Notes under the pieces: generated by a model
What the model was told of the DNA's origin: nothing
The model's database searches: none
Seen by the model: the letters and a program-made list of their open reading frames with translations, nothing else
Program-made: the position numbers and the translations under genes
NCBI RefSeq assembly: GCF_006345805.1
Contig: NC_043000.1
Coordinates: forward strand, 42,656,001-42,720,000
From: Octopus sinensis
Taxonomy: Eukaryota
Reading direction: 5' to 3'
DNA length: 64,000 nt
Part shown: positions 51,625-64,000 of the stretch, one piece after another
Layout: every line of letters starts with the position of its first letter
Numbering within the stretch: position 1 is the first letter of the stretch

Positions 51625-54358
51625 TGCATATATGTGTGTGTATGTGTGCGTGTATTTGTATATGCATTCTATATTTTCTTCTCCAGCCTTACTTATTTCT
51701 AATTTGTTTGATGAGTATTCCAGTGCACCGAAAGGATGAAAGGCGGAGCTGACCTCGGAGACAATTGAACTCAGAACGTAAAACCTGAAGTGTCACCTAA
51801 AGCTTATCACTTTATACTAGTTCAATAATAACAACGCTATTTTACTTAATTGCTCATTATTTTCAAAATTAATAGGAACAAAGTCAATAGAAATTTGGTA
51901 ATAAAAGAGTATATTTCATATCATACGATTCTTAGTTTTATTCAAGGTTTATCATTATTGTTTTTTTCTATTTGTATTCTAGATTTTTGACCTGTCCATG
52001 TCTGTTTAGTAATCTTTACAAAGTATATGCCTTGCGGTTCTAATTATCAGTGCCTGTTTTGAATAAACCCTTTATACTACAATTCAGAATGTACAACACT
52101 TCCAATTTGTAAACAAAAACACTAGTATTATATACTTGTTCAAGTATAAATAGAGAAAGCATTCTGCCCTATTAGTTACAATAGCCTCTATTACAATACA
52201 AATTATTATTATTATCCTTACTTATGTGTACGTATATATAAGTGCGTATGTACCTGCTACCGTATATGTTCGTATCATATAAACGTGTATCTATGTATAT
52301 GTTCTTGCGTATTTGTGTTTATTTATCTAATTTAAGTATATATGTTTATGTGTGTATGTGTGTTTGGATAACATTTTACGCCATGCTGATTTATTCCATC
52401 TCAGTATTTTTATACGCTCCTATCTTCCATACAGCGAATTTTATACATCTAGTAATAGAGCATGCGCTACTTGATTCTAAATAGGCTTTCTCATATTTCA
52501 CCGTTTTGCTCAGTATTCCTCTCTTCAATCAATGTTTATATTACCTTATTGCATTTTATATCTTAATGACGACTTCTAATCGTAGGCTTTAAATTTCGTA
52601 TATATTACAGATATCACGATATACATGATACAGAATAACATTCATGTATATCATTTTGTATTTTTTCTCTTACATTAATATTCAATATGCTGGGCAGTTT
52701 ATCTAAATCCAGTCCCTATATATTTTTATGCATTTTTTATGCATTTAATATGTATGCATAACATACATTCCAATACGTAACATTTCCGACTCTTATTTTA
52801 AGTCTACGCATTCTAATTTTATGTTACTACAGTATTTTTGAAACCATATTACTCAATTTTCTCTGAAACTTGTAATTCATCCATGTGCTATACTCTCTTC
52901 GATACAATGCTAGTTTTAAAAAGTGAATTATTTTCTTTATATTCCTTCGGGCATTTTGCTAAATTGCATCATTTATTATATAGGTAATTACCTGTCTAAC
53001 TGTAATATTGGCCAACATTTTAGAGCATTTAGTGGATCATTTAAAAACCATACAGAAGGAAGTATCATAAATAAATGTTATACGTAGAGTCGCATGACTT
53101 CAGAATTTAAAATCAAATTCATATTTTATACTAATCTGGCAGTAGCCGCTCTTGGCTCTAGGTGCATGAATTACCGACTCGAAGAACATCCACATTCTTG
53201 AACCTGGGCTGATTCCTCGTTTCAGATTCAGGAAAGAGCAGGAGGTTTATTGCGATTGTGTGTCATCCATGGGAAGAGAAGAAAATGAAACATTCCTTAC
53301 GGTCAGACGTCATCATATGGGTTGAATTTGCTCCCAAATCGAGAGAAACACCCACATCAACACATAACGAGTCGATGAGGGCCTTCGAACATCTCAGATA
53401 TTTGGTGCCCAAACACCTCTGGTACTAGTCCTAAGTAAGAGTCATAGAAACCTGGTGATCATGTGATCCTTCGAATCATTGATTTCCTATCTTTCTTAGT
53501 TTATCACTACCGCCTGGAGATAATTTCGATGCAAGCACTCTTGCCAGATCTCCTCTTTGAGGACAATATCCTCTTTTCTGCTACAAATCTCGGAGGTCGT
53601 GGCAAAAACAAATTGTCATGAACAATCATCTTCAGTCACTGTCTGAATATTGAAAAATGTTTTATCCTATGATTTTTTGGAAAATGAGTTGTGAAAACTC
53701 ATGAATTACTATATGACAAAGAAATCGTTCCATTCCTCTTAAAGCGACAATGTAAAAGTGCTCTACTGAGATTTACTGCATCATCACGTAAATAGCAACT
53801 CCAGCGTGATGTAATAAACTTTTAATTTGAACTTCAATACACACGCCTGAAAATCAGTCCATAAAATACGAGATTAGAGACATCGTCGACATGTCAGAAC
53901 ATCCAAGCAATTTTAGCAAGAAATTTCCGTTTCTAACTTTAGTAAGGATATATTAAATAAATACCGGTGAGAATCGAAACTGGTTATTAAATTATTTTGC
54001 TTAGAGTTATATCTGAAGTATAGTTTTAGTACGCATCAATGATCTAACCTTTTATGAAGTTTTCTCAAAATTTAAGGCTATCATATTGAAACTAGAAATC
54101 ACAAGTTCTAAAATTAATTTCTCAAAAGATAAAACAAGTAATTACAATGATTTGAAATTACTGCTGGGGGGGGGGGGGGTTAAGAAGTCCTTACAATTTT
54201 AGGACACAGAGTTTCATGTAATTATATATATATATATATATATATATAAGCAAAAAAGTGCTAAATAAATAGTAGTCAGTTATGGCCGGTGGCATATGTA
54301 CACACACAAATATGTATTTGTATTCGTTCATTTATATGTATATATGCATGTGTGTATA

Positions 54359-54407
<49 letters not shown>

Positions 54408-55251
54408 GTGTGTGTGTGTGTGTGTGTGTGTGTGAGTGAGTGAGTGAGTGGAAAATGCTATATTATTTCGTGTTAATGATATTTTTATTGCTGAAAATTT
54501 TAAAATGTTTCTTTAAGTTACATGGTTAAAAAGCACGCATAATTATATTTCACTTTTAAAATTTCTGAAAATATTATTTCATCTCTAATTTAATTTTTGT
54601 AGCAATTACAAACTAAATGTTAAATGTTCCATCTACCGCTCAACAACACATGCTACATTCAATATTTCTTAAAATTTCTCATCGTTTTTTCTTATTAACC
54701 TGCTTTTGTTGTAGTTTTGTTTCTTTTGCTCGTCAATACTGAAGTTTCAATTTACCTTGTTATGCATTGCTTTCTTAAGCATTTAATCATCTTGATGAAT
54801 GCTAATTCTTTGCCATTTTCTGCTTCATTAGATTGTAGTTTGTAGAATGTCATTTTGACCTCATTTCTCTTTATTAGCTTATTGTACGATTCCATAGAGC
54901 GTCATATCAATTCACTTAACTTCTGCAATCTCTTTATACACGTAGATCTGATTGTTGGCAAATGTTTTTTCTTAAACCCAGTGTTTTTTTCTTAAACTAA
55001 ACTGTAACCCCGAAGTAAACTTGTTGAATTGATGAAGCATTTATTTCGTCTTCTTTAGGTCAACATTGACTTACAGTGCGAAATATCGTAATCACAGTTT
55101 TAAATGTAAATTCGCCCACAATATCAAGTATCTACATGGAAAGTAATACACTATTTCTTTGCTATCGAATTCAGGGGTGTGTGGTGGAATAATTGTTGAG
55201 GTAACAATTTGGAAAAACTTCTCTTGGAACTTCGGAGAGAGAGAGAGAGAA

Positions 55252-55294
<43 letters not shown>

Positions 55295-56451
55295 ACCTTG
55301 CTTTTCGTTGGTACTTTATTTGTGTGTGTGTGCGTGTGTGTGTATGTGTGCCTCATGGGAATGTATTCCTGATATGAAAACAAATCCTGAAAGTAAATTC
55401 TAATTTCGTTGGCCAATATGCATCCACCATTGTAGCAATGTAAATAATAAATTCTTTTAGACTAGGAATAGGGCTAAATATTGCCTAGATGGGATAAACA
55501 CAGCTTAGAATGAACAGAAACGAGAATTCTTAAAATGCCACAAAATTTATGACTACTACGTCGGTGACCCAGTATGTCCACTATTACTGCCTGGATGAAA
55601 ACAGGTAAAATGTAAAATTTACTCGTCAACATCGAAGCTACTACGACTTGGTCTCTAGACCTCCTAGCAATAACAGCCAAATTGCTCATTTTTCATACCT
55701 TATAACCTTTAAACGTAGAATGACACATGGGTTAGTAATGTACTTTTACGAACACTACTACTGAAAAAATAAAAACAGGTTGTTCATGAATGGGATGCCT
55801 TTGATTGTGGGTCTGCGGCTAAAACAATATACAGAAACTATAAAAGTAGCAACGAATTAGGATTTCCAAATATTTTAGCCGATTGAGTTTACCTGAATAA
55901 TCTTTACACAGTCCTTTGGTCCGCTAGCAAAAAATATTCCTATAAATCACACTAATTTGACGTTCTCTATAATAGGAAATAAGAAAGACTGGTCTCGAAT
56001 GATAAACGCCTGTGATAATAGGTTTGCACGATCAAAACTAACTCAAGGCTAATCAATAACATTTGATAGGCATTACATAGAAGAAAACCAAAATATGCAG
56101 CAGAAACTTAGTCCCAGCGTAATCACATAATTTTCAATAATATTGATTTTCTTAGGAAGGTGTCAGACCACATATCTATTATATGTAAATCTATTACATT
56201 AACCTCAGTTATTCATACGTACTTTTATTTCTGGTCCGTTAGTCTCAGACGGCTGTTGAAGGGTATGTGAACAGCGCATTCCTCCAGAAAGAAAATTCGA
56301 AAGAAAACATGGAATACGAAGTTGATCCTAAAGACATTTTAAATCTTGACATACAGCACTAAATCCAGTTATCGGAAAATATCATATTTCTCTCTCTAAT
56401 AATTCTGCCGATCAGAATAATATACAATTTTGTAATATTGGAAGAGACACG

Positions 56452-56549
56452 ACTACGAGGTTAAGAAGCTCGATTGCAACCACGGTGTTTTGGGTTCACT
56501 CCCACGATGTGGCATCTTGGGCAAGTGGCTTCTGCTATAGCTACGGGCC
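56452..56549 (+). mobile_element. tRNA-derived SINE head, decayed
   Basis: GGTTAAGAAGCT...GGGTTCACTCCCA...CTTGGGCAAGTG...CTATAGC, same family as 29672. Confidence 0.7.
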
Positions 56550-56698
56550 AAATAATGCCTACATACATACATGCATACATACATACATACATACATACAT
56601 ACATACATACATACATACATAATACATACATGCATGCATACATACATGCATACATGCACACATACATATATACATATATATATATATACGTGAATATA

Positions 56699-56729
<31 letters not shown>

Positions 56730-56778
56730 CGTATATATATATATATTACATATATATAATATATATATATATATACAT

Positions 56779-56837
<59 letters not shown>

Positions 56838-57734
56838 TATGTATGTATATATATGTGTGTGTGTGTATGTATTTATGTATGTAAGTGTGTGTGTGTGTAT
56901 TTGTGTTCCACTTAAGATTTAGACGACAGAGCCAACAGAATAGGAACTAGACTTTAAAATATGTACTGGATCAATTTGTTCAAGTAAACTCTTTAAGACG
57001 TTGCTCCAGCAGGGTCACAATCCAATGACTGAAACAACTAAAAGATAAAAGATGGACAAAAGTCGTCATTGATAGGAATGGTTTACTTCTTTAGAATGAC
57101 ATCAGTACTTCACTGATGTTTTAATGCATCGATCTAGGAATAATAAAAGCGAAATTGACTTCAGATTTGAATTCAGAACACAAAAGACCACAACTACATG
57201 CATCATTTTCATTTTACAGCATGCTCTGACTGACATATCTGCCAATCTACTTTCCTAAATATGGCCATATTTCTGAGAATGGTTAATCTAATACTTGATT
57301 GATATATCAGTTTACAGACTATGAAAGAGTGAAAGGTAAATTCAGCTTTGCCGTAATTTAAGTAAGTAAAACATAGAGCAATGTAATCAAATATTGCAAT
57401 AAATTCAATGTGTCGCTCCATCCATTCCGTCATCTCACATAAACCAGCGAATAAATAACAAGGCAAATACGCCTGAATATATAAACAAACTAAATAGCCA
57501 AGACAATGAATTCAACAAGCCAACACGCTGTCCATATCTAGTTGTTCGATATGTCAGAAATAACTATCAGATCTCCCACAATTGTCCACAACTACTGTCC
57601 AGAAAATTGCAGCACGCATTGAATAACGCTACCCTTTATAAAAAAAAAACATGCCGGTTCCTCCTGATTGTAACCTTTCTGGCCATCGTCTTAGACGTCT
57701 GCATCTCCTTCGTCGTTTTTATTATTATTCTTCG

Positions 57735-57805
<71 letters not shown>

Positions 57806-57808
<3 letters not shown>

Positions 57809-60800
57809 TAGTATATTTTCTATATCATGCTTTCACTTCACTACCGAGCGCAGCTCTGTGTGCCTTGGGTATGTGCTGTGATTTGTTGTGATGCTCTGAT
57901 GGTTATTGTATGGAAAGTGTTCTGCGTAGGATGTGTGCAGTGCCTAGTAGTGCAATTTTCTGTATGTTATATGTGTTTGTAAGTCCTGGTGTTTTTGTTA
58001 TGTATTTGTCTGAATATTTTTTTTATCATGCCTAATGCACCTACTATGATAGGAATTGTTTCTATTTTTAGATTCCACATTCTGGTTACCTCTATTTCCA
58101 GGTCTTTGTATTTTGAGAGTTTCTCCATTTCTTTTAGAGACACGTTGTCATCCGCTGGTATTGATACATCAATTAGAAATCACTTTTTTTCTTCATGATC
58201 TCTGACAACTATATCTGGTCTGTTGGCCTTAATTTCACTATCTGTGTGTATTGGCATATCCCAGAGTATGGTCGCTTTCTCGTTTTCTGTGACCTTTTCT
58301 GGTGTGTTCCTATACCATCTTTTTTCTGTTGTTATTCCATAATGTTGGCATAGTTTCCAGTGTATATAGGTCCCAACTCTGTCGTGTCTGTGAATATATT
58401 CCTTCTTAGCCAGGACTGGGCAGCCAGAGATAATATGATTTATTGTTTCTTGTCCATCTGCACATATTTTGCAGTTACTTGTTATGTTTCTTTTCATTAC
58501 ATGTTTTTGGTAATTTCTGGTGGGGAGGCTTTGGCCATGTGCTGCAATTAAAAATCTTTCTGTCTCTGCTTTGAGTCCTGAGCTTCTCAACCATTGTTGG
58601 GATTTTTCTTTGTCTATTTCTTTTGCATTTAGTTTAGTCCAGTATTTACCATGAAGGGGCTTTTCTTGCCATCGTTTTATCACGTTTCGTTGCTGTTCTA
58701 TTTTTAGTTTGGATTTCATTTGTTTTATAGCTTTTGTTGTTTCTTCTTCTTCTTCTTCTTCTTCTTCTTCTTCTTCTTCTTCTTCTTCTTCTTCTTCTTC
58801 TTCTTCTTCTTCTCCTCCTCCTTCTTCTTCTTCTTCTTCTTCTTTCTTCTTCTTCTTCTCTTCTTCTTCTTCTTCTTTTCTTCTTTCTTCTTCTTCTTCT
58901 TCTTCTTCTTCTTCTTCATATTTGTTAGGTGGTATGATTTCTTGTTTGTATTGTCAGCTTCCTTAAATACTGAGAACAGTTTTTTTGTTTTGCTCGTGTT
59001 TTGCCGCTATTTGTATCAGTTTTCCTTCATTCTGAAGTAGATGTTTTTGCAGTCCTATGGTGGTTATTTTATAGTAGTTTTCCAGCTGTATAAGGCCTCT
59101 ACCACCATCTATACGTTGTATATATAGCCTTTCTATGTCAGATTTTGGGTGATGCATCCTAGATCCTGTCATTATTTTTCTTGTTTTCCTATCTATCTTG
59201 GTCAGTTCATTTAGTGTCCAGTTAAGGATATTGTAGCTGTAACTTCTAACTGGGACGGCTAAAGTATTGATACCTATTATCTTGTTTTTAGCATTGAGCT
59301 CAGTTTTCAGTATTGATCTAACTCGTCTATAATATTCTTTTTTATTTTCTCTTCATTTGTGTGTGTTGTGTCTTATCTAGTTCATGGATTCCTAAGTATT
59401 GTAAGTTTGGCTTTGGTCTAATTCTTTTATTTCATTGGTTTATCTAGTGTGATGTTGCTACTCTTAATTAGTTTTCCTCTTTCAGGGTTACTTTGGCGCA
59501 TTTCTCTAATCCAAATTTCATATCTATTTCCTTGGTAAATCCATGAACTGTCTTTAGTAGTGTTTCCAGCTCTTTGTCATTTGTAGCGTATAGTTTTAGG
59601 TCATCCTTATATAAAAGGTGGCTGATCGTTTTGCCGTAACATTTATATCCGCATCCAGTTCTGTTTAGCATATCCGATAGAGGTGACAGTGCCAAGCAGA
59701 AAAGGAGTGGAGAGAGCGCATCTCCCTGGAATATTCCTCTTCTAATGGGGATGGCTTTGGTTTTCACAAGTCCCTCTTTTGTTTGCAGCTGTAGCACTGT
59801 TTGCCATTTATTCATAGAGTGTCTTATGTACTTTATAATTGTTGGTGCTACTTTGTTCATGGCTAGTGTTTCGAGAATCCATGTGTGTGGGATGCTATCA
59901 AACGCCTTTTTGTAGTCGATCCAGGCCATACTGAGGCCTTTCTTCTTTCTGTGGCTGTCTTCAGTTATGGCTTTATTGATCATTAGTTGATCTTTACAGC
60001 CATATGAGCCTTTGCGGCATCCTTTCTGCTCTTCTGGAAACAGGTTGTTTTCGTCCAGGTGCTTGTTCAATCTTTGCGATATTACTGCAGTAAATGCTTT
60101 GTACATTGTAGGGAGACAGGATATAGGTCTGTAGTTTTCTGCTTTTGCTGTCTCATTTGATTTAGGAATTATGATGGTTTTGCTCTTCGTGAGCCATTCA
60201 GGTACTGTCTCTGGCTCTGCCAGTATGTTGTTAAAATTTTCAGCCAGCTTTTTGTGCATTCCTGGTGGATATTTCAACCAGAATTTGGGGATCTTGTCAT
60301 GCCCAGGTGCCTTCCAGTTGCTTAGTCTTTGCAGTGCCTGGGTGACCCCTTAAGTTGTTATGGGGGTCCAAAGTTGCTCAGATGCTGAGTTTGTTGCTTT
60401 GATACTCCTCTTTTTTGGTTGTTCGGTTGCCGACCATTTTTCTCTCCAGAATTCTTCCACTTCTTCTGCCGTTGCTGCTGCAGTGATTTCTATTTTATTT
60501 TTGCCAAGTTCTTGGTAGATCTTTTGGGGGTTGGATTTGAACTGTTTGTTCTGTTCAAAGAAACGTTGGCGTTTCTCGTACCGGCGGATCCTTTGTGCTT
60601 TGGCAAGGGTATCTTGCTTTAGCTTTTCTTTTATCTCAGGTAAATCTTTTTCTGTGTTGTATTTGCGGAGTATTTTTGTTTTCATTTTGTTGCTCAGTAG
60701 CGTTGATTGTCTACTGATTTCATTAAGAATCGACAGATCTTTTCTCATTTTTTGTATTTTGTTTTGGATGTTATTTATCCACAGGGTTTGTTTGGGTAGT

Positions 60801-61460
60801 GGTACTCCTGTTTGGATGGGTTTGAGTGAGTATCCATCTTCTTTTGTGGCTGCAGTGGCTGCTGCGTATACTAAGTCATTTAGCTCAGTGATATCGCTTT
60901 TTGTTTCAGTGGCTATTAGTTCCGTGACGGCTAGGTTTATGTTGTTTATAATTGATGTTGTTGCTTTGTCTATTTTGATTTTTGGGAGGTATGGTCGGTG
61001 GTCCATTTTGAGCTCTGTGGTTTTCAGTTATTTGATTATTCTACTTTTTATAGTTTCATAATCATTAGGCTCCCCTTCGTTGTTTCCAAGTTTTAGATTT
61101 GTGTAGCCTTCTATCTCATCCGTATGTTTGTTTGTCATGTTTTGGCTTGCTGTTTGTCGTGTATTATTATGTATCCTTACGGTCTGGGTTTGTTGTGTTT
61201 TGTTTACATCGTTTTTGTTGGAAATGTTACGTTTGTCTTCTTGTTTTACTGTTTCAGTGTTTATATTATTTGGCATTGTTGTGTGGCTTCTATCTACATT
61301 TTCCTGATGTATTTTTTTCTTTTAAATGTTCTATTTCTATTTCTCATAATTTTTGCGTTGAGAATATATCTCCGTATATTTGCTAGTTTATTAGGGTTCA
61401 TTGTTGTATCCAGGTCTTTATTTATGTTATTTTTCTTCCATTTTTTGTATGTATGTGTTA
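57806..61460 (-). mobile_element. Near-full-length R4/Dong-type RLE LINE (copy A3, ~3.65 kb), frameshifted
   Basis: N-terminal NKLANIRRYIL; RT motifs YRPISCLPTMYK, WIDYKKAFDSIPH, IFQGDALSPLLF and HLLYKDDLKLY; CCHC, RHD and RPDIVV; stop at 57903-57905. (ATT)n on both sides. Confidence 0.95.
58741..58917. repeat. Expanded (GAA)n tract inside the LINE ORF (177 nt)
   Basis: The homologous site in copy A1 (34651-34674) is only 24 nt, encoding EEEEEDEE. Confidence 0.9.
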
Positions 61461-61461
61461 A

Positions 61462-61527
<66 letters not shown>

Positions 61528-62481
61528 CTTCATTGAGAAGTCTTATTTTTATCACGTGTTTTCACTGCACTTCCGAGCCCAGCTCCGTGCTTTGAGTATG
61601 TGCTGTGGCTTCTTATGATGTTCTTATCTTTACTGTATTGAAAGTGTTTTACATAGGATGTGTGTGGCGCCTAGTAGTGTTATTTTCTGTATGTCATATA
61701 TACTTGTTAGTCCTGATGTTTTTGTTACGTATTTAAATATCAGACCTAATGCGCTTACTATGATAGGAATTGTTTCTGACTTTCGACTTCACATTGAAGT
61801 TACTTCTGTTTCCAGATTTTTGCATTTTAAAAGTTTCTCCGTTTCTTTTAAAGAAACATTGTCATCTGTTGGTATTAATACATCGACTAGAAAGCAGATT
61901 TTTCTCGGTAATCTCTGATAACTATATCCAGCCTATTGGCCTTAATTTCTCTATCTGTGTGTATTGGCATATCCAATGCCTTTTCATTTTCTGGGACCTT
62001 TTCAGGCGTGTGCCTACACCATCTTTCTTCTGTTGTTATTCCATAGTGTTGGCATAGATTCCAGTGTATATAGATCCCAACTATAACGTGTCTGTTAATA
62101 TATTCCTTCTTATCTAGGACTGGGCAGCCAGAAACAATCTGATTTATTGTTTTTTCTCCATCTCCATATATTCTGTAGTTACTTGTATTTCTTATCATTA
62201 TATGTGTCTTGGGCATTTCTGGCGAGAAGGCTTCGATCTTGTGCTGCAAATAAAAACCCTTCAGTCTCTGCTTTGTTTCCTGAGCTTCTCAGCCATTGTT
62301 GGGATTTTGCTTTCGTCTACTTCTTTTCTGTTTAGTTTAACCCAGTATTTACCATGAAGAGGCTTTTCTTGCATTCGCGTTACCATAACCCGTTGTTGTT
62401 CCAGTTTTAGTCTTGATTTCAATTGTTTTACAACTTTTGTCATTTCGTCTTTTTTTTCATAGTCGTTAGGTACCTTTTGTA
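61528..62481 (-). mobile_element. R4/Dong-type LINE 3' fragment (diverged copy D)
   Basis: QEKPLHGKYW, GEKTINQIVSGCPVL and DMPIHTDREIKANRLDIV. The 3' UTR is similar to subfamily A. Flanked by (ATT)n. Confidence 0.88.
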
Positions 62482-62491
62482 TATTATTATT

Positions 62492-62869
62492 GAGTCAGAG
62501 AGCAGTGCATGCCATTGAAGTAACACTAGGGTAAAATACACGAAGCCCAGTATACCCATCATGACTACCCGTGTGATAAGGGTAGTTTAAGGGTTGTTTA
62601 AGAATGGTGAACCGAAGCACTCACGTTTCAAGACATAAATTATTCAAACCCGAAATAATTTCTTTCAACACATGGCTATGATGCTCCCCAACTATTTCTG
62701 CTCGTGATCGGAGATGCACATATCGTTAGTCAGCCACCAAGGGACATACTCAACGGGTTAAAGTCAAACAACTGACAAGCAAATTTGTGGTATTGGGGAG
62801 AATATTTGCTGTAGCTCATCTTTCACACCAAGAAAAGACATGTACATGATAACACTTCCAGTCAGTTAA
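62492..62869 (-). mobile_element. Internally deleted copy of the ~557-bp element
   Basis: Starts TATTATT|GAGTCAGAGAGCAGTGCATGCC. The segment ~33110-33250 is missing. Confidence 0.8.
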
Positions 62870-63014
62870 TTCGGCTGAGGTCGATATTTGCATTTCATAC
62901 TTCAGGGTCGATAAAATAAGTACCGGTTGAGTACTGGGTCAATGTAATCGACTAGCCACTCACTTCCGTATTTCAGGCCTTGTGCGTATAATAGAAATTA
63001 TTATTATTATTATT

Positions 63015-63573
63015 GAGTGAGAGAGAGCTGTGCATGCCATCAAAGTGACACTAGGGTAAAATATACGTATCCTAGTATACCTATCATGACTACACTTCTG
63101 ATAAGGGTACACCAGGCACATGCATCACGATCATATATGCGTGACATGTTAATATCATATCAAGATAAACAGCGCATGATCTTCCACTTGGGGCCCAGTT
63201 AGAATTTTCTTCTGGTTGAGTAGCCCATCCTGCTCCAAAGGTCCTTGAATAAGGATTGTTTAAGGATTCTGAACAAACCACCCCTGTTTCCAAAGGTGAA
63301 TTATCCAAACCTCTAAGAATTCCTTTCAACACACGGCTATGATGCTCCCCATCTACTTCTGCTTGTGATCAGAGATGTACATATCGTCAGCCACTAAGGG
63401 ACAAGGTCAACTTGTTACGGTCAAACAACTGACAAGCAAATCTGTGGTATTGAGCAGAATATTTGCTGTAGCCCATCTTTTATACCAAAACAAAACAATG
63501 TACATGACAACACTTCCAATCAGTTAAGATCAGAAGCTATGAGAGCCACTGTCTGGTACTGCATCAGGGCATT
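63015..63573 (-). mobile_element. Full-length copy of the ~557-bp TAA-embedded element
   Basis: Collinear with 33020-33576 and has the same termini. Confidence 0.85.
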
Positions 63574-63608
63574 TATTATTATTATTATTATTATTATTGT
63601 TGTTGTTG

Positions 63609-63681
<73 letters not shown>

Positions 63682-63718
63682 CGTTGTTGTTGTTGTTGTT
63701 GTTGTTTTTATTAATGAT

Positions 63719-64000
63719 GATGGGCTACAGCAAATATTCTGCTCAATACCACAGATTTGTTTGTCAGTTGTTTGACCTTAACGAGTTGACCATGTCCCTT
63801 AATGGCTGACGATATGTGCATCTCTGATCACGAGGAGAAGTTGTTGTGGTGCTTCAGAGCATTGTGTTGAGAGGGATTATTTGGGGTTTGAATAATTCAC
63901 CTCTGGAAACATGGATGTTTCGTTCAACATCCTTAAACAGCCCTTATTCAGGGACCTTTCGAGTGGGATAGGTTACTCGACCAGAAGAAAATTCTAAATA
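63719..64000 (+). mobile_element. Partial, oppositely oriented copy of the ~557-bp element (runs off the window)
   Basis: Reverse complement of ~63200-63478 with scattered substitutions. Confidence 0.8.

Noticed and set aside
53130-53640. GC-richer unique-looking segment
   Set aside because: No sustained ORF. It is probably an old LINE remnant, but I found no motif clear enough to call.
57320-57337. 18-nt plus-strand micro-exon candidate (TTTACAG|ACTATGAAAGAGTGAAAG|GTAAAT)
   Set aside because: Such short AG...GT matches are expected by chance in AT-rich DNA, and there is no partner exon.

Overview
AT-rich, repeat-dominated eukaryotic (animal) DNA. I recognise the tRNA-type SINEs as resembling octopus SINE families, so a cephalopod origin is inferred, not proven. 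I found no confidently supported host gene, rRNA, tRNA gene or CRISPR array. Most ORFs in the track are either microsatellite read-throughs or transposon fragments. Content: two full-length decayed Tc1 (DD34E) elements, a maT-type DD37D element, mariner fragments, MITEs, Helitron/Helentron-like pieces, a decayed L1/Tx1 LINE, an RTE 3' end, many SINEs, a Penelope-like retroelement (RT + GIY-YIG) and seven R4/Dong-type RLE LINE copies. Main observations: (1) seven compact, minimal type-I hammerhead-ribozyme motifs with palindromic stem III (plus one weak eighth) in Penelope-type terminal repeats, one with an intact catalytic core; (2) two 'trains' of Dong-like LINEs strung on (TAA)n microsatellites in one fixed orientation; (3) a non-coding ~557-bp element that uses the same (TAA)n target, has no obvious Pol III boxes and shares no obvious tail with the LINEs, a candidate undescribed non-autonomous partner; (4) a near-perfect 334-bp fold-back inside the Penelope RT; (5) a Tc1 whose inverted symmetry extends 14 bp into its flanks. 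All alignments and coordinates were read by eye; ends of decayed elements are approximate.
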